Source of the DNA: a bacterium
GTDB taxonomy: Bacteria > SZUA-182 > DTGQ01 > JAFGSM01
DNA length: 64,000 bases
Direction of reading: 5' to 3'
NCBI GenBank assembly: GCA_049472335.1
Contig: JBLIRO010000011.1
Span: forward strand, 5,084 to 69,083
In this document: in pieces, positions 1 through 10,253 of the stretch
How positions within the stretch are numbered: the first letter of the stretch is position 1
How the letters are laid out: every line of letters begins with the position of its first letter
Notes under the pieces: model-generated
Databases searched by the model: none
What the model saw: only the letters and a program-made list of their open reading frames with translations
Told to the model about the DNA's origin: nothing
Program-made: the position numbers and the translations under genes

Positions 1-1203
1 AGACGAGGCGCTGCCAGCTCAATTGTGCCTTCATATGTAAACCGCCAGTTAATTGTCACGTTCAGGCCAGAAATCCCTCCCCAGGAAAGAATGGCTGTGC
101 TTGGCAAGCATAACTGCACGGAAATAAGAACAAGCGCCTATGGAGGTTTTACACTCGTTGCGCTCTCGACCTTCCAGAGTGTGCGTGACACCGCGGAGCA
201 ATTTTCAATGGAACCATCCGTGCTCTATGCAGAGCCCAATTATTACAGGCATGCTCATCTGTTTCCCAATGACCCTTATTTCCGCTATCAATGGCATTTA
301 CCCTGGCCCCACTTAGCGACCCTGCTTACATGGGACATAGTAACCGGTACAGGGGTTACTGTAGGGCTTCTCGATTCCGGCGTTTCCTATCGTAATGCCC
401 CACCATATGCGCAGGCCCCTGATCTTGCGGGAACTTTGATCATTCCGGGCTGGGACTTCGTGAACGCAGACGCATATCCGGATGACGACAGTGGTCATGG
501 GACACATATGTGCGGTTGTATTGCTCAAACCACAAACAATTTATTAGGTGTGGCAGGTGTGGCATTCTCTTCAACCATATTGGCAGTGAAAATCATGGAT
601 AGTTTGGGAGATGTTACCATTGCAGATGAGGCGGACGGCATATACTATGCTACCAATAACGGAGCCAGGATAATCAATATGAGCCTGGGAGGGGTTGGAA
701 CCTCCGCCACGGAACAAGCAGCATTAGTATTCGCGTATAACCAGGGAGTCACTCTTCTGGCCTCATCCGGAAACGCGGGGTCAACAGTACCGGAGTATCC
801 GGCAGCCTATCCGGAATGCATCTCCGTGGGTGGTGTCCAGTATGACCAAACAAGGGCCTCATATTCGAATTACGGGGCTGAGCTGGATCTTGTAGCGCCC
901 GGAGGAAACATTACCTTGGATCAGAATCTTGACGGATATGCAGATGGGATCTTGCAGCAAACGCATGACGGCACAACTTTTTCTACGTTCTTTTATTATT
1001 TCATGGAAGGCACATCACCTGCCTGCGCTCTGGCATCTGGAGTGGCTGCTCTCGTGGTTGATAAAAGCACATCCGTATTAACCCCTCTCCAGGTGAGAAA
1101 TATCCTTCAGAGCACTGCGAAAGACCTGGGTGCAACCGGCTGGGATCAGGAATATGGATGGGGAGAGGTCTACGCGTACGGAGCAGTGTTGAATACCCCA
1201 TAA
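1..1203 (+). CDS. S8 (subtilisin-like) serine peptidase with propeptide, probably 5'-truncated by the window edge
   Basis: Catalytic motifs LLDSG, HGTHM, GTSPA and oxyanion SSGNAG. The frame is open back to base 1 (track start 25 is an internal GTG). Confidence 0.85.
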   Translation, partial: RRGAASSIVPSYVNRQLIVTFRPEIPPQERMAVLGKHNCTEIRTSAYGGFTLVALSTFQSVRDTAEQFSMEPSVLYAEPNYYRHAHLFPNDPYFRYQWHLPWPHLATLLTWDIVTGTGVTVGLLDSGVSYRNAPPYAQAPDLAGTLIIPGWDFVNADAYPDDDSGHGTHMCGCIAQTTNNLLGVAGVAFSSTILAVKIMDSLGDVTIADEADGIYYATNNGARIINMSLGGVGTSATEQAALVFAYNQGVTLLASSGNAGSTVPEYPAAYPECISVGGVQYDQTRASYSNYGAELDLVAPGGNITLDQNLDGYADGILQQTHDGTTFSTFFYYFMEGTSPACALASGVAALVVDKSTSVLTPLQVRNILQSTAKDLGATGWDQEYGWGEVYAYGAVLNTP

Positions 1204-1280
1204 AAATTGAAGCTTTTAATTGATAAATCCATTTCTCCATCAAATATCTCTTTTTATTTCCATAGAGAGTATTCTATGTC

Positions 1281-1434
1281 AAACCCACTCAAAAACCGTG
1301 TGGGTTTGGAGCAGGAAATGCAAATTGCAAAATGAAAAATGAAAATTTAAGGAAAACATTATCTTGCATTTTAAAATTTACATTTTGCATTTTGCAATTT
1401 TTCTCGAGTTACCACTGGGATTTTGAGAAGTTAC
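1281..1434. mobile_element. MITE-like element, copy 1 (154 bp), with 8-bp target-site duplication TCTATGTC
   Basis: Aligns by eye to the reverse complement of 52049-52209. Right end is TTTTGAGAAGTTAC, left end is degenerate. Contains inverted heptamer arrays. TCTATGTC occurs at 1273-1280 and 1435-1442. Confidence 0.75.
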
Positions 1435-1437
1435 TCT

Positions 1438-2829
1438 ATGTCTTGTTCAAGTGTTGATATTCTCATGATAAATCCCTGGATCTATGACTTCGCAGCTTAT
1501 GATTTCTGGCTCAAGCCACTTGGGTTTCTTTCCATTGCCAGCATCCTGAGGGAAAACTGTTTTAATATTAATTTTATTGATTGCCTAGACAGGTATCATC
1601 CCAGGATGCTCTCGAGAATCAAAAGAAAAAAGCTTAGAAAAAATAAGCAACATGGCCATGGTCAATTCTTCAAAGAGAAGATCAAAAAACCCGACCGGCT
1701 GGCATCCGTGCCACGTTACTATAGCAGATATGGCATCCATCCGGACATCTTCCGTGATGAGCTGAAAAAGCTTGCCTCCCCTCCGGATGCCGTACTTATT
1801 ACTACCACAATGACCTATTGGTATCCCGGCACCTATGATACAATACGAATTGTACGGGAGATATTTCCTAAGACGTCTATCATCATAGGGGGCAATTATG
1901 TGACACTTTGCCCTGATCATGCTCTTCATTTGGGCGCGGATTACTATATTCAAGGGAACGGAGAAAAAAAGATATTGAACCTTCTGAGTCGGATAACAGG
2001 CAAAACCATATCCTACCCGCCCGATGAAGACAATCTCGATCAGTTGCCATATCCGGCCTTTGACCTTCTCAAAGAAAGGGATTATATATGTATGCAGACA
2101 ACCAGAGGATGCCCGTTTAAGTGCTCCTATTGTGCTGTTAATTTGCTAAGCAACGGGATTAAAAGGCTCTCCCCAGCAAGGGTGGTGAGTGAAATCGTTC
2201 ATTGGGTCAAATGTCATGGCGTGAAGAATATAGTCTTTTATGATGATGCCCTTTTATTTCAGCCGGAAGAACATATAATACCTATTTTAATGGGAACTCT
2301 TGAAAAAGGATTAAAAAATATCTGTTTTCATACACCTAACGGATTACATGCCCGATTTATATCCAAAAAACTGGCAGACCTTATGTTTAAGACTGGTTTC
2401 AGAACTATTCGGCTGGGTTATGAAACAGCGGACCCATTAAAACAAATCCAAACAGGAGGGAAGGTAAACACCGAAGAGCTCGAAGCTGCCCTTGCCTTTT
2501 TAAAAGAAGCAGGATTTTTACCTGCCGATCTTGGAGTTTATATCCTCATAGGATTACCTGGGCAGAAAATAAAAGAAGTGGAAGAGAGCATTAATAAGGT
2601 GGTTAAATTAGGAGGCATTCCTATTCTGACCGAATTTTCACCTATTCCTGATACAGCGATATGGGAAGAGTCTTTGCACTATTCAAATTATGACCTGGCA
2701 AATGATCCTATTTTTCATAATAATTCAATATTGCCATGTCAATGGTCAGGATTTACCTGGGAGGACTATCTAAATATAAAATCACAAACCAGTTTAATAC
2801 GCCGCGATATTAATAAAAAAAACGGGTAA
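1438..2829 (+). CDS. B12-binding-domain radical SAM protein
   Basis: CPFKCSYC cluster motif, N-terminal NPWIYDFAAYDFW/cobalamin-binding-like region. ATG 1438 preferred because the track start (1423) lies inside the MITE. Confidence 0.85.
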   Translation: MSCSSVDILMINPWIYDFAAYDFWLKPLGFLSIASILRENCFNINFIDCLDRYHPRMLSRIKRKKLRKNKQHGHGQFFKEKIKKPDRLASVPRYYSRYGIHPDIFRDELKKLASPPDAVLITTTMTYWYPGTYDTIRIVREIFPKTSIIIGGNYVTLCPDHALHLGADYYIQGNGEKKILNLLSRITGKTISYPPDEDNLDQLPYPAFDLLKERDYICMQTTRGCPFKCSYCAVNLLSNGIKRLSPARVVSEIVHWVKCHGVKNIVFYDDALLFQPEEHIIPILMGTLEKGLKNICFHTPNGLHARFISKKLADLMFKTGFRTIRLGYETADPLKQIQTGGKVNTEELEAALAFLKEAGFLPADLGVYILIGLPGQKIKEVEESINKVVKLGGIPILTEFSPIPDTAIWEESLHYSNYDLANDPIFHNNSILPCQWSGFTWEDYLNIKSQTSLIRRDINKKNG

Positions 2830-2851
2830 TAAATTTAATTGGGAGATTTAC

Positions 2852-3502
2852 ATGGTCGTATTACAGCTCATTGGTATTGCAGTAAGTGCTTTTGTTGTCG
2901 CACTTACGGGAGCGCTAATGCCAGGGCCTTTACTAACTGTAACAATAAGTGAATCGATAAAAAGGGGGAAATGGACAGGTCTATTTTTAATTATAGGACA
3001 TAGTATATTGGAATTGGGATTGATTTTACTAATCCTTGCCGGTTTCGGCTCTCTCTTTAAGATAAACAAAGTAGTAGGTACAATCAGTCTCATAGGGGGT
3101 ATAATACTTATATGGATGGGATGGGATACTGCTAAAAAGGCAAAGGGGCTTAGTCTGTCATATCAAATTGAAAAAACGGGCAATTCCTCATATGGGCCAA
3201 TTTTAACGGGAATTCTTGCAAGCGTTTCCAATCCTTATTGGTCTATATGGTGGGCCACAATAGGCATTGGCTATTTGGCTGCAAGTCTCATACATGGGTG
3301 GATGGGAATAGCTTCCTTTTTTATCGGACATATTTCGGCTGATTTTGCCTGGTATACTCTGATCTCCTTCAGCATAGCAAGCGGGAAAAAATTCATTTCC
3401 AACCGCATTTATCATGCTGTTCTAATATCCTGCGGGGGCATACTCTGTTTATTTGGCATCATCTTCCTTCTTTTTGGTTTTCAAAAAATAGGATTCCTAT
3501 AA
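2852..3502 (+). CDS. LysE/RhtB family transporter
   Basis: GALMPGP and NPYW motifs, about 6 TM helices. Confidence 0.85.
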   Translation: MVVLQLIGIAVSAFVVALTGALMPGPLLTVTISESIKRGKWTGLFLIIGHSILELGLILLILAGFGSLFKINKVVGTISLIGGIILIWMGWDTAKKAKGLSLSYQIEKTGNSSYGPILTGILASVSNPYWSIWWATIGIGYLAASLIHGWMGIASFFIGHISADFAWYTLISFSIASGKKFISNRIYHAVLISCGGILCLFGIIFLLFGFQKIGFL

Positions 3503-3631
3503 ATAGCCTAACCCAGTTATTACATATAAATCATTCCATTTATTATGATTTTCAGCCTTTACAGATTATTAAAAATTTCAAAATTACCTTTAAAATTAAC
3601 CAGTTAAACATATAAGACTTTATATAGTGGT

Positions 3632-5029
3632 GTGCCGAATGATATAATATATATTATGAAGACAGAAAAACCGGGAATTAATTACAAAATTATATACTTT
3701 ATATCTTTTACCCTTGTTTTATTGCTACTGGTATGTCTGCAATCTCCGGCATACTCATCTTCAATTCCGGTTCAAAGGCTGACACCTGAAGTCGAAATAG
3801 GTAGAAAGGTTTATGAACAGATCAAACCTCATCTTAAATTTACCCGAAATCCCCTTATAAAGTATTACTTGGAAAAAATCGGAAATAATATACTTGACAA
3901 TCTCCCCCGGAATGATTATGAATTTCGTTTTTTTCCTATAAAAGCAAACGATATAAATGCATTCGCGCTACCTAACGGATACATATTTGTCACAAACAGA
4001 CTTATACAAGCCTGTGACAGTGAAGATGAATTGGCTTTTGTACTATGTCATGAGATAGCACATGTTATGAGAGGTCATTTCATGAATTACCTCTCACAAA
4101 AAAGGAAGACGGATATGACCACATTGGCTCTTATTGTTTTAGGAGCCTTGGCAGCCCAGGATAGAGATTTGCAGGAAGCGCTTCCTGCCCTTGGCTTAGG
4201 CATAAATCAGAATATCACCCTTAGTTACAGCAGAGGGCAGGAATATGAAGCTGACACCTATGGCCTAAGATATCTACATCAGGCAGGATTCAGTGAAGAA
4301 GGTGCAGCGCAGTTCATGAATAAACTGCGGATTCTCTCCCAGATAACTATTTCGTTGCCGGTCTATCTCTCCACACACCCAATGCCGGTTGACCGGCTTG
4401 TAAATTTAAAAAGATTCACGGAATCATCATCTTGTGACCCCTCCCGACCTTGCATCAGCAATATCAACAGGCTCAAACTCTGGTGTCGCCTGGAGACAGA
4501 GCTGTCTGACCGGCTATTGTCAGATCTTACTCCTGTGTATTCGCATAATCCTGATGATATTGATACCGTCTATGGGCTTGCGCTTGTTTATGAAAAACTG
4601 GGTTCTTCTGATGAAGCAGAAAAATATTATATGAAGGGTCTTTCAATCAATCCCGAAGACGGAGATGTGCTAAGAGATTATGCCATCTTTCTCTATCGAA
4701 GGGCCCTGCTAAAAGATGCTGAAGACAAATTAAAACTCGCCATAAAATCAAATCCTGAGGATCCCCTGGCTCACCATTATCTCGGCAGGATTTTGATGGA
4801 CCAAAAACGTAATAAAGAAGCCATCGATGAATTCCTGAAGTCTGTGGAAGTCTGCTCGGGATTCCCGGACAATCACCATTTTCTTGGCATACTTTACAGC
4901 CAACAGGGAGATGAGGAAAAATCACATAAAAGCTTTGAACGTTATTTTGCCCTTATTGGAAATCAAAAGGCTGCAAGATTACATTCTCAAAAAAAAGAAA
5001 GAATTAGCAGGCGTAATGAAGAAGAGTAG
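3632..5029 (+). CDS. M48 family metalloprotease with TPR repeats (BepA/YfgC-like)
   Basis: INAFALP, HEIAH zinc motif, YSRGQEYEAD, STHP, C-terminal TPRs, signal peptide. True start may be ATG 3656. Confidence 0.85.
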   Translation: MPNDIIYIMKTEKPGINYKIIYFISFTLVLLLLVCLQSPAYSSSIPVQRLTPEVEIGRKVYEQIKPHLKFTRNPLIKYYLEKIGNNILDNLPRNDYEFRFFPIKANDINAFALPNGYIFVTNRLIQACDSEDELAFVLCHEIAHVMRGHFMNYLSQKRKTDMTTLALIVLGALAAQDRDLQEALPALGLGINQNITLSYSRGQEYEADTYGLRYLHQAGFSEEGAAQFMNKLRILSQITISLPVYLSTHPMPVDRLVNLKRFTESSSCDPSRPCISNINRLKLWCRLETELSDRLLSDLTPVYSHNPDDIDTVYGLALVYEKLGSSDEAEKYYMKGLSINPEDGDVLRDYAIFLYRRALLKDAEDKLKLAIKSNPEDPLAHHYLGRILMDQKRNKEAIDEFLKSVEVCSGFPDNHHFLGILYSQQGDEEKSHKSFERYFALIGNQKAARLHSQKKERISRRNEEE

Positions 5030-5365
5030 AGCTTCGTCGAAATAGTTAATTATGGAGTACTTTTTCCAGGAATCTCAACATCCATGCTTAGAAGAGATTT
5101 TATTATCTTTTCAATTTTAGCTATCTCAGACAAAGATAAAGAGGGGAGACAGAGTCTTTAGGATATATATTAGTTTTAATAGTGAATTTCACTTTATTGC
5201 CTTAATATTGCCTAAACCAACAACAGATTCTGCCTTCCCCTCTTAACCCTATTTAATTTCAATATGATTTTGTCTCATTAAACATTTCTTGAATATTAAT
5301 TTTATTCCTGGTATCTTAATTTCGGTTTTTTTCTACTGACTATAAGGATTGAGAAAAGAGACTAA

Positions 5366-5824
5366 ATGAAAGATATACGACTAAAGGGGAAATTTTTAAA
5401 GCCCTCAAGCAGGATCAATAGGGTTGAGACACGGGTTCTTTATGCGGATACCGACCATGGAGGCGTAGCCTATTATGCCTCATACCTCAGATGGTTTGAG
5501 ATTGGCAGGACAGAGCTTTTCCGCAAGGCAGGGCTAACGTATGCCGATGTGGAAAAATCCGGCATATTATCGCCCGTAATAGAGGTCTTTTGTAAATATT
5601 TACAGCCTGCAAAATATGACGAAATTCTTGTAATAGACACCTGGATAGAAATCCTTGGTCTAGGAAGTATTACCTTCGGCTACCAGATCCGAAAAAAATC
5701 GGATGATTCTCTTCTTGCAACAGGAAAAACCATAAATGCCTTCGTGAACCGTAGTCTTAAACCCACACGTCCTCCCAAGGCAATCTATAATGCCCTTTCA
5801 GCTTTCATTGATGGATCACTTTAG
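5366..5824 (+). CDS. YbgC/FadM-family acyl-CoA thioesterase
   Basis: RVLYADTDHGGVAYYASYLRWFEIGR hotdog-fold signature. Confidence 0.85.
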   Translation: MKDIRLKGKFLKPSSRINRVETRVLYADTDHGGVAYYASYLRWFEIGRTELFRKAGLTYADVEKSGILSPVIEVFCKYLQPAKYDEILVIDTWIEILGLGSITFGYQIRKKSDDSLLATGKTINAFVNRSLKPTRPPKAIYNALSAFIDGSL

Positions 5825-5837
5825 TAATCGTTGTTAA

Positions 5838-6839
5838 TTAATCTATTTCTACATTTCTAAGAAATTCAGCGCTTTCTTCGGGGATAGAGGTATTGATGAA
5901 CATTCCAGATCCTAATTCAAAACCCGCGGTTAAGGTGACCCGAGGGATAATGCTTAGATACCAGTGGAAAAAGGGCCTTTCTCTAGGCATACCAGGGATC
6001 GAACGGATCACATAATTAAAATCAGGATCGTTCAGCCCTATATATAGCTTCTTTAGAACAATCCTTAAATTTTTTGAGAAATCCTCCATATCGCGATCAG
6101 TCAACTGAGGAAAACTCGACATGTGTTTTTTGGGTAAAATCCAAATATGAAACGGAGAAAAAGCAGCATAAGGAATAAACGCGACAAAGCTCGATGTTTC
6201 TAAAACTATACGTTCCTTGGCTCTTATTTCTTCCTCTAACATATCGCAAAAGACACATCTTCGATGGTCGTCATAATAACGCATGGACTCTTCTATCCTG
6301 TTCCTGATGTCCTGCGGAACTACCGGAGTGGCAATAAGTTGAGAATGAGGATGTTCCAGGGATGTACCTGCTGACCGACCATGATTTTTAAATAATATTA
6401 TTAACTCTATCCGTTTATCCTTTACAATATCCAAATAGCGTTCCTTATATATTCGTATAATATTAATTACCTGCAAGTCATCCAATAAGGCAAGATTTAA
6501 ATTATGTTTCGGCGTTTCAATTATCACCTCGTGAAATCCCACTCCCGTCATCCGGCGTTTTATACCTTCAGCCTCGTGAACAAGATCTCCTTCGGAAGAA
6601 AGCGCTGGAAATTTATTTGGAATTGAACGTACTAACCAATTTCCATCACTATCCCTTATAGAAGAAATTTCAGGAGGCGCAAGGTGTTCATTACCCGGAC
6701 AAAAGGGGCAGTTATCCACATATTCTTTCAATATATTTTCATTCCCCTTTTTTTGAATATAATCATATGGTCTTTTGGCCCTTTCATCAGCTATTATTAC
6801 CCATTCCCGCAAAGCAATATTTTGTCTTAATTCTGACAT
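5838..6839 (-). CDS. galT: Galactose-1-phosphate uridylyltransferase
   Basis: CPFCPGNE, NKFPAL, HPHSQ active-site motif. Confidence 0.9.
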   Translation of the reverse strand: MSELRQNIALREWVIIADERAKRPYDYIQKKGNENILKEYVDNCPFCPGNEHLAPPEISSIRDSDGNWLVRSIPNKFPALSSEGDLVHEAEGIKRRMTGVGFHEVIIETPKHNLNLALLDDLQVINIIRIYKERYLDIVKDKRIELIILFKNHGRSAGTSLEHPHSQLIATPVVPQDIRNRIEESMRYYDDHRRCVFCDMLEEEIRAKERIVLETSSFVAFIPYAAFSPFHIWILPKKHMSSFPQLTDRDMEDFSKNLRIVLKKLYIGLNDPDFNYVIRSIPGMPRERPFFHWYLSIIPRVTLTAGFELGSGMFINTSIPEESAEFLRNVEID

Positions 6840-7002
6840 TTCACCCTCGCTCCGTTAATAGATTTTATCCTGACAAATGAGAAATATACTCGGTTAAAAT
6901 TAGAATTGCTGTTTTTTTGCAATTTGAATATTATCCATTAATAATATAATATAAATTTCTCTTATACAACCCGGGATTTATACACCGAAAGGGGAGAATA
7001 AA

Positions 7003-7896
7003 TTGTTAAATTTAAAAACAGCTTTCCTGGAGACAAGGCCACAATTTTTACTATTATCCGTTACACTTGTTATGGTTGGCAGCAGCGCGGCTTTCTATTC
7101 CGGATATCATCATATTCCACACATGTTTCTTGCCCTGTTGGGGCTTATAGCCTTTCACATCAGCGTTAACGTATTGAATGATTATTATGATTTTAAAACA
7201 GGGATAGATCTTAATACCAAAAGGACACCTTTTTCAGGGGGAAGCGGACTCTTGCCCAGCGGTAAAATTTCTCCTGAAGCGGTTCATGATATGGGATTAA
7301 TTACCCTCGGCATAGGATGCCTGATCGGAGTATATTTTCTTTTTAAAATCGGCTGGCAATTATTACCCATCCTGATCATTGGAGTTTTTTCGATCTATTT
7401 TTACAATCCGTTAATAAGCAAGCTTTTGATCGGAGAGATCTTCGCCGGTCTGGGCCTTGGCCTTCTACCAGTATTGGGAGTTTTCTGGGTAATTACCGGA
7501 AAGATTACATCTTTGGCATTTTTTGCCGGTATGCCTCCATTTTTCCTAACATTTAATCTTCTCTTCTTAAATGAATTTCCTGATTCAGATGCTGACATGA
7601 TCGGTGGACGCAGGCATCTCGTTATCTGGCTTGGAAAGAAAAAGGCCGGAATTCTCTATTTAGTTATTACCATCATTACTTATATTTGGATAATCTTAGG
7701 AATCGTTATAGGCATCCTACCGGTATGGACTTTATTGGCGCTTCTTACAATACCAGTAGCCATCAGGGCTATTAAAGGTGCTCTCAAGGATTATAATGAC
7801 TTTGAAAAATTCATTCCTGCTCAAGGTTCAAACGTGATTCTGGTATTGGCGACACAGGCGTTATTTGCGTTAGGATTCCTTATAGCAGCCCTATAA
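7003..7896 (+). CDS. UbiA-family prenyltransferase (MenA-like)
   Basis: NDYYD and NEFPDSDAD aspartate-rich motifs, multiple TM helices. Confidence 0.8.
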   Translation: MLNLKTAFLETRPQFLLLSVTLVMVGSSAAFYSGYHHIPHMFLALLGLIAFHISVNVLNDYYDFKTGIDLNTKRTPFSGGSGLLPSGKISPEAVHDMGLITLGIGCLIGVYFLFKIGWQLLPILIIGVFSIYFYNPLISKLLIGEIFAGLGLGLLPVLGVFWVITGKITSLAFFAGMPPFFLTFNLLFLNEFPDSDADMIGGRRHLVIWLGKKKAGILYLVITIITYIWIILGIVIGILPVWTLLALLTIPVAIRAIKGALKDYNDFEKFIPAQGSNVILVLATQALFALGFLIAAL

Positions 7897-7947
7897 TATG
7901 AAATTCAAATTTCAAAATACATTTCTGAGATCCTTTCTTTTTCCTCA

Positions 7948-7986
7948 ATTTGCATTTTGCATTTTGTAATTTGCATTTTGCATTTC
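7948..7986. repeat. Heptamer array (TTGCATT-like, about 5 units) related to the MITE core
   Basis: atttgcattttgcattttgtaatttgcattttgcatttc, same unit as in 1281-1434 and 52049-52209, but no terminal repeats. Confidence 0.6.
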
Positions 7987-8179
7987 TATATAATTCCTCT
8001 TTAAATCTCAAATCAAATTTTTCTTACAAAAAAACCGTAAATAAATGAAGAGGAGCATAACAATGAATTATTGTAAATAATAATATTTTTTGAATATTTA
8101 TAATTTTTTAATATTAACATTTTATTAAGCAACATTTCTTATGAAACTTCCAACAAAATAATACAGGGAGGGATTAAAA

Positions 8180-8617
8180 TTGATTGAGTGTCAAACCGAA
8201 ATTTCAAAAAAGGTACATAATATATTGGTAGTTGATGATGAACCAGCAGTCAGGATGACCATTGAAGAGATGTTAAAACCTCTGAACTGTACAATATTTC
8301 ATGCAAGTAACGGAAATGAGGCCTTAGATATTATAAGGACGGGCGAGATTCATCTTGTTATTCTGGACGTTCTTTTACCGGGCAGACATGGTTTTTATGT
8401 CTGTTCTTCCATTCGTGAGATGGAACAAGGACGAAATATACCTATTTTAATGATGACAGCGGTTTATACAAAGATGAAGTATTATTACCAGGCTCAAGAA
8501 TGTGGCGTAAATGCGTATATGGTAAAACCATTTAAAATGGATGACCTCATATCTAAAGTAAGCAAGTTGCTCAATATTAACTGTAAACAACAAATGGTTT
8601 CTGAAAAGGCAGTTTAA
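8180..8617 (+). CDS. Single-domain response regulator
   Basis: VVDDE, LVILDVLLPG (Asp intact), MTA, VKPF. Confidence 0.85.
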   Translation: MIECQTEISKKVHNILVVDDEPAVRMTIEEMLKPLNCTIFHASNGNEALDIIRTGEIHLVILDVLLPGRHGFYVCSSIREMEQGRNIPILMMTAVYTKMKYYYQAQECGVNAYMVKPFKMDDLISKVSKLLNINCKQQMVSEKAV

Positions 8618-8618
8618 G

Positions 8619-10253
8619 GTGAATTTCACATTGAATTGGTCTAAGAAAAGAATCGTTTTACTGACGAGATGGTTACTCATCATTGTCATTTCTTATCTGA
8701 TCATTTTCAGCTACGGTTATGGCTCTTTTTCTCCTCTCTCTATAGAATGTTTACTTATTGTTCTCTATATGATATCTAATATTTTTCTCGGATTTATGAA
8801 TGAACCTTTCTTCAATCGCAAGGGCTTTGATATAGCTCTGTTTTGTTTTGACACCACAATGATCTCGCTTGGCATATATATTGCCGGTGTAATAGAAGCT
8901 GATTTCTATATTGTATTATTTCTGGAAATCATCTTTCTCAGCATGGCCCATAACCTTAAAAATGTTATTTTCAGCGCCACAATTTTTTGCTGTATATATG
9001 GTTTCTTTATAATGAATTATTTCCAGAAAAATCTTCTATATAGAGAAAACTATCTGCTACGTCTTCCCCTTTTATTTATTTTTGCCATATATTTTGGAAG
9101 CGTAGCAATAATTTTTAAAAAAAAGATAAAGGAGGTCAAAAATCTCTCTGAAAGATGCCGTCTAATATTCAGCAATATCCGCGATATGGTATTCTGCCTG
9201 GATTGCCACGGAAAATTCACCTTTGTTAGTCCAAGCAGCAGGGAGGTCATAGGTCAACATGCCAGAACCCTTATTGAGAACTCTGATATATTTTATTTTC
9301 AAGTCCTCCCCGATGATAAAAACAGATTAATCTCTTTATTGTCCAACTTGACGAACCAGCCCAAACAGGGGAAGTTTGAATTCAGGATTAATCATCCTAT
9401 AAAAGGGACCCGTTGGCTACAGATGATATACTCCCCCAATAAAGACGAGGATGGCAACTGGCAAGGAATCCAGGGCTCCATAAGGGACATATCCGATCTT
9501 AAGGAAACGCAAAATACAATTATTCAATCGGAACGATTGCTGTCAATGGGAAAGCTGGCATCCAGTATGGCATTGGAAATAAATAACCCCCTTCAGGCCA
9601 TTAAGAATATGCTCCATCTTTTAGATAATAATATGAATTTTGACGATACACAAAAAAATGCCCTGGAAATAATAAAGGAAGGTGAAGCACACATCGAAAA
9701 CATCCTCCAGAAAATTCTCGAGATATCATATCATGAAACCTCTGAGAAGGTTCCTGTAGACATACATCTTCTTCTTCAAAAGGCGGTATCGATTACAAAA
9801 AGCAGGATGAAGCTGGACAAGATCCAGATAAAATTCGCCTTTGATCCAGAAAATGTTATGGTATTGGCTAATCCAAAACTTTTATACGATGTCTTTCTGA
9901 ATATCATATTAAACTCAATAGAAGCGATGAACGATGGAGGGAAAATCTCTCTGTCTACAATCAAGAAAAAGGAACATCTGACGGTTCAATTCACTGATAA
10001 CGGTCACGGCATTCCCGCTGAGCAATTGGCACATATATTTGAGCCCTTCTACACAACAAAGAAAAAAGTAAATTCTTCCGGTCTTGGTCTGACTATATGT
10101 TACTGGATACTCAGGGAGATAGGGGGCGATATCCGGATAAATAGCCTGAATGGGATAGGAACCACAACAACACTTACACTTCCGCTTTATGATTCAACCA
10201 AATATCCTGAGAAGAAAAAAATGGAAATAAAACCGGGAGTTTGTCATGCCTGA
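8619..10253 (+). CDS. Membrane PAS sensor histidine kinase lacking the phosphoacceptor His (pseudokinase-like)
   Basis: About 5 TM helices, PAS/PAC, N box LNIILNSIEAM, DNGHGI, FEPFYTTK, GLGL. The H box reads MALEINNPL instead of AHEINNPL. Confidence 0.8.
   Translation: MNFTLNWSKKRIVLLTRWLLIIVISYLIIFSYGYGSFSPLSIECLLIVLYMISNIFLGFMNEPFFNRKGFDIALFCFDTTMISLGIYIAGVIEADFYIVLFLEIIFLSMAHNLKNVIFSATIFCCIYGFFIMNYFQKNLLYRENYLLRLPLLFIFAIYFGSVAIIFKKKIKEVKNLSERCRLIFSNIRDMVFCLDCHGKFTFVSPSSREVIGQHARTLIENSDIFYFQVLPDDKNRLISLLSNLTNQPKQGKFEFRINHPIKGTRWLQMIYSPNKDEDGNWQGIQGSIRDISDLKETQNTIIQSERLLSMGKLASSMALEINNPLQAIKNMLHLLDNNMNFDDTQKNALEIIKEGEAHIENILQKILEISYHETSEKVPVDIHLLLQKAVSITKSRMKLDKIQIKFAFDPENVMVLANPKLLYDVFLNIILNSIEAMNDGGKISLSTIKKKEHLTVQFTDNGHGIPAEQLAHIFEPFYTTKKKVNSSGLGLTICYWILREIGGDIRINSLNGIGTTTTLTLPLYDSTKYPEKKKMEIKPGVCHA

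Noticed and set aside
1423-1437. ORF-track N-terminal extensions (radical SAM 1423, BatD 24750, rpsP 44508, DUF721 49355, pdxJ 56513)
   Set aside because: They overlap upstream genes or the MITE; better starts with RBS or translational coupling exist downstream.
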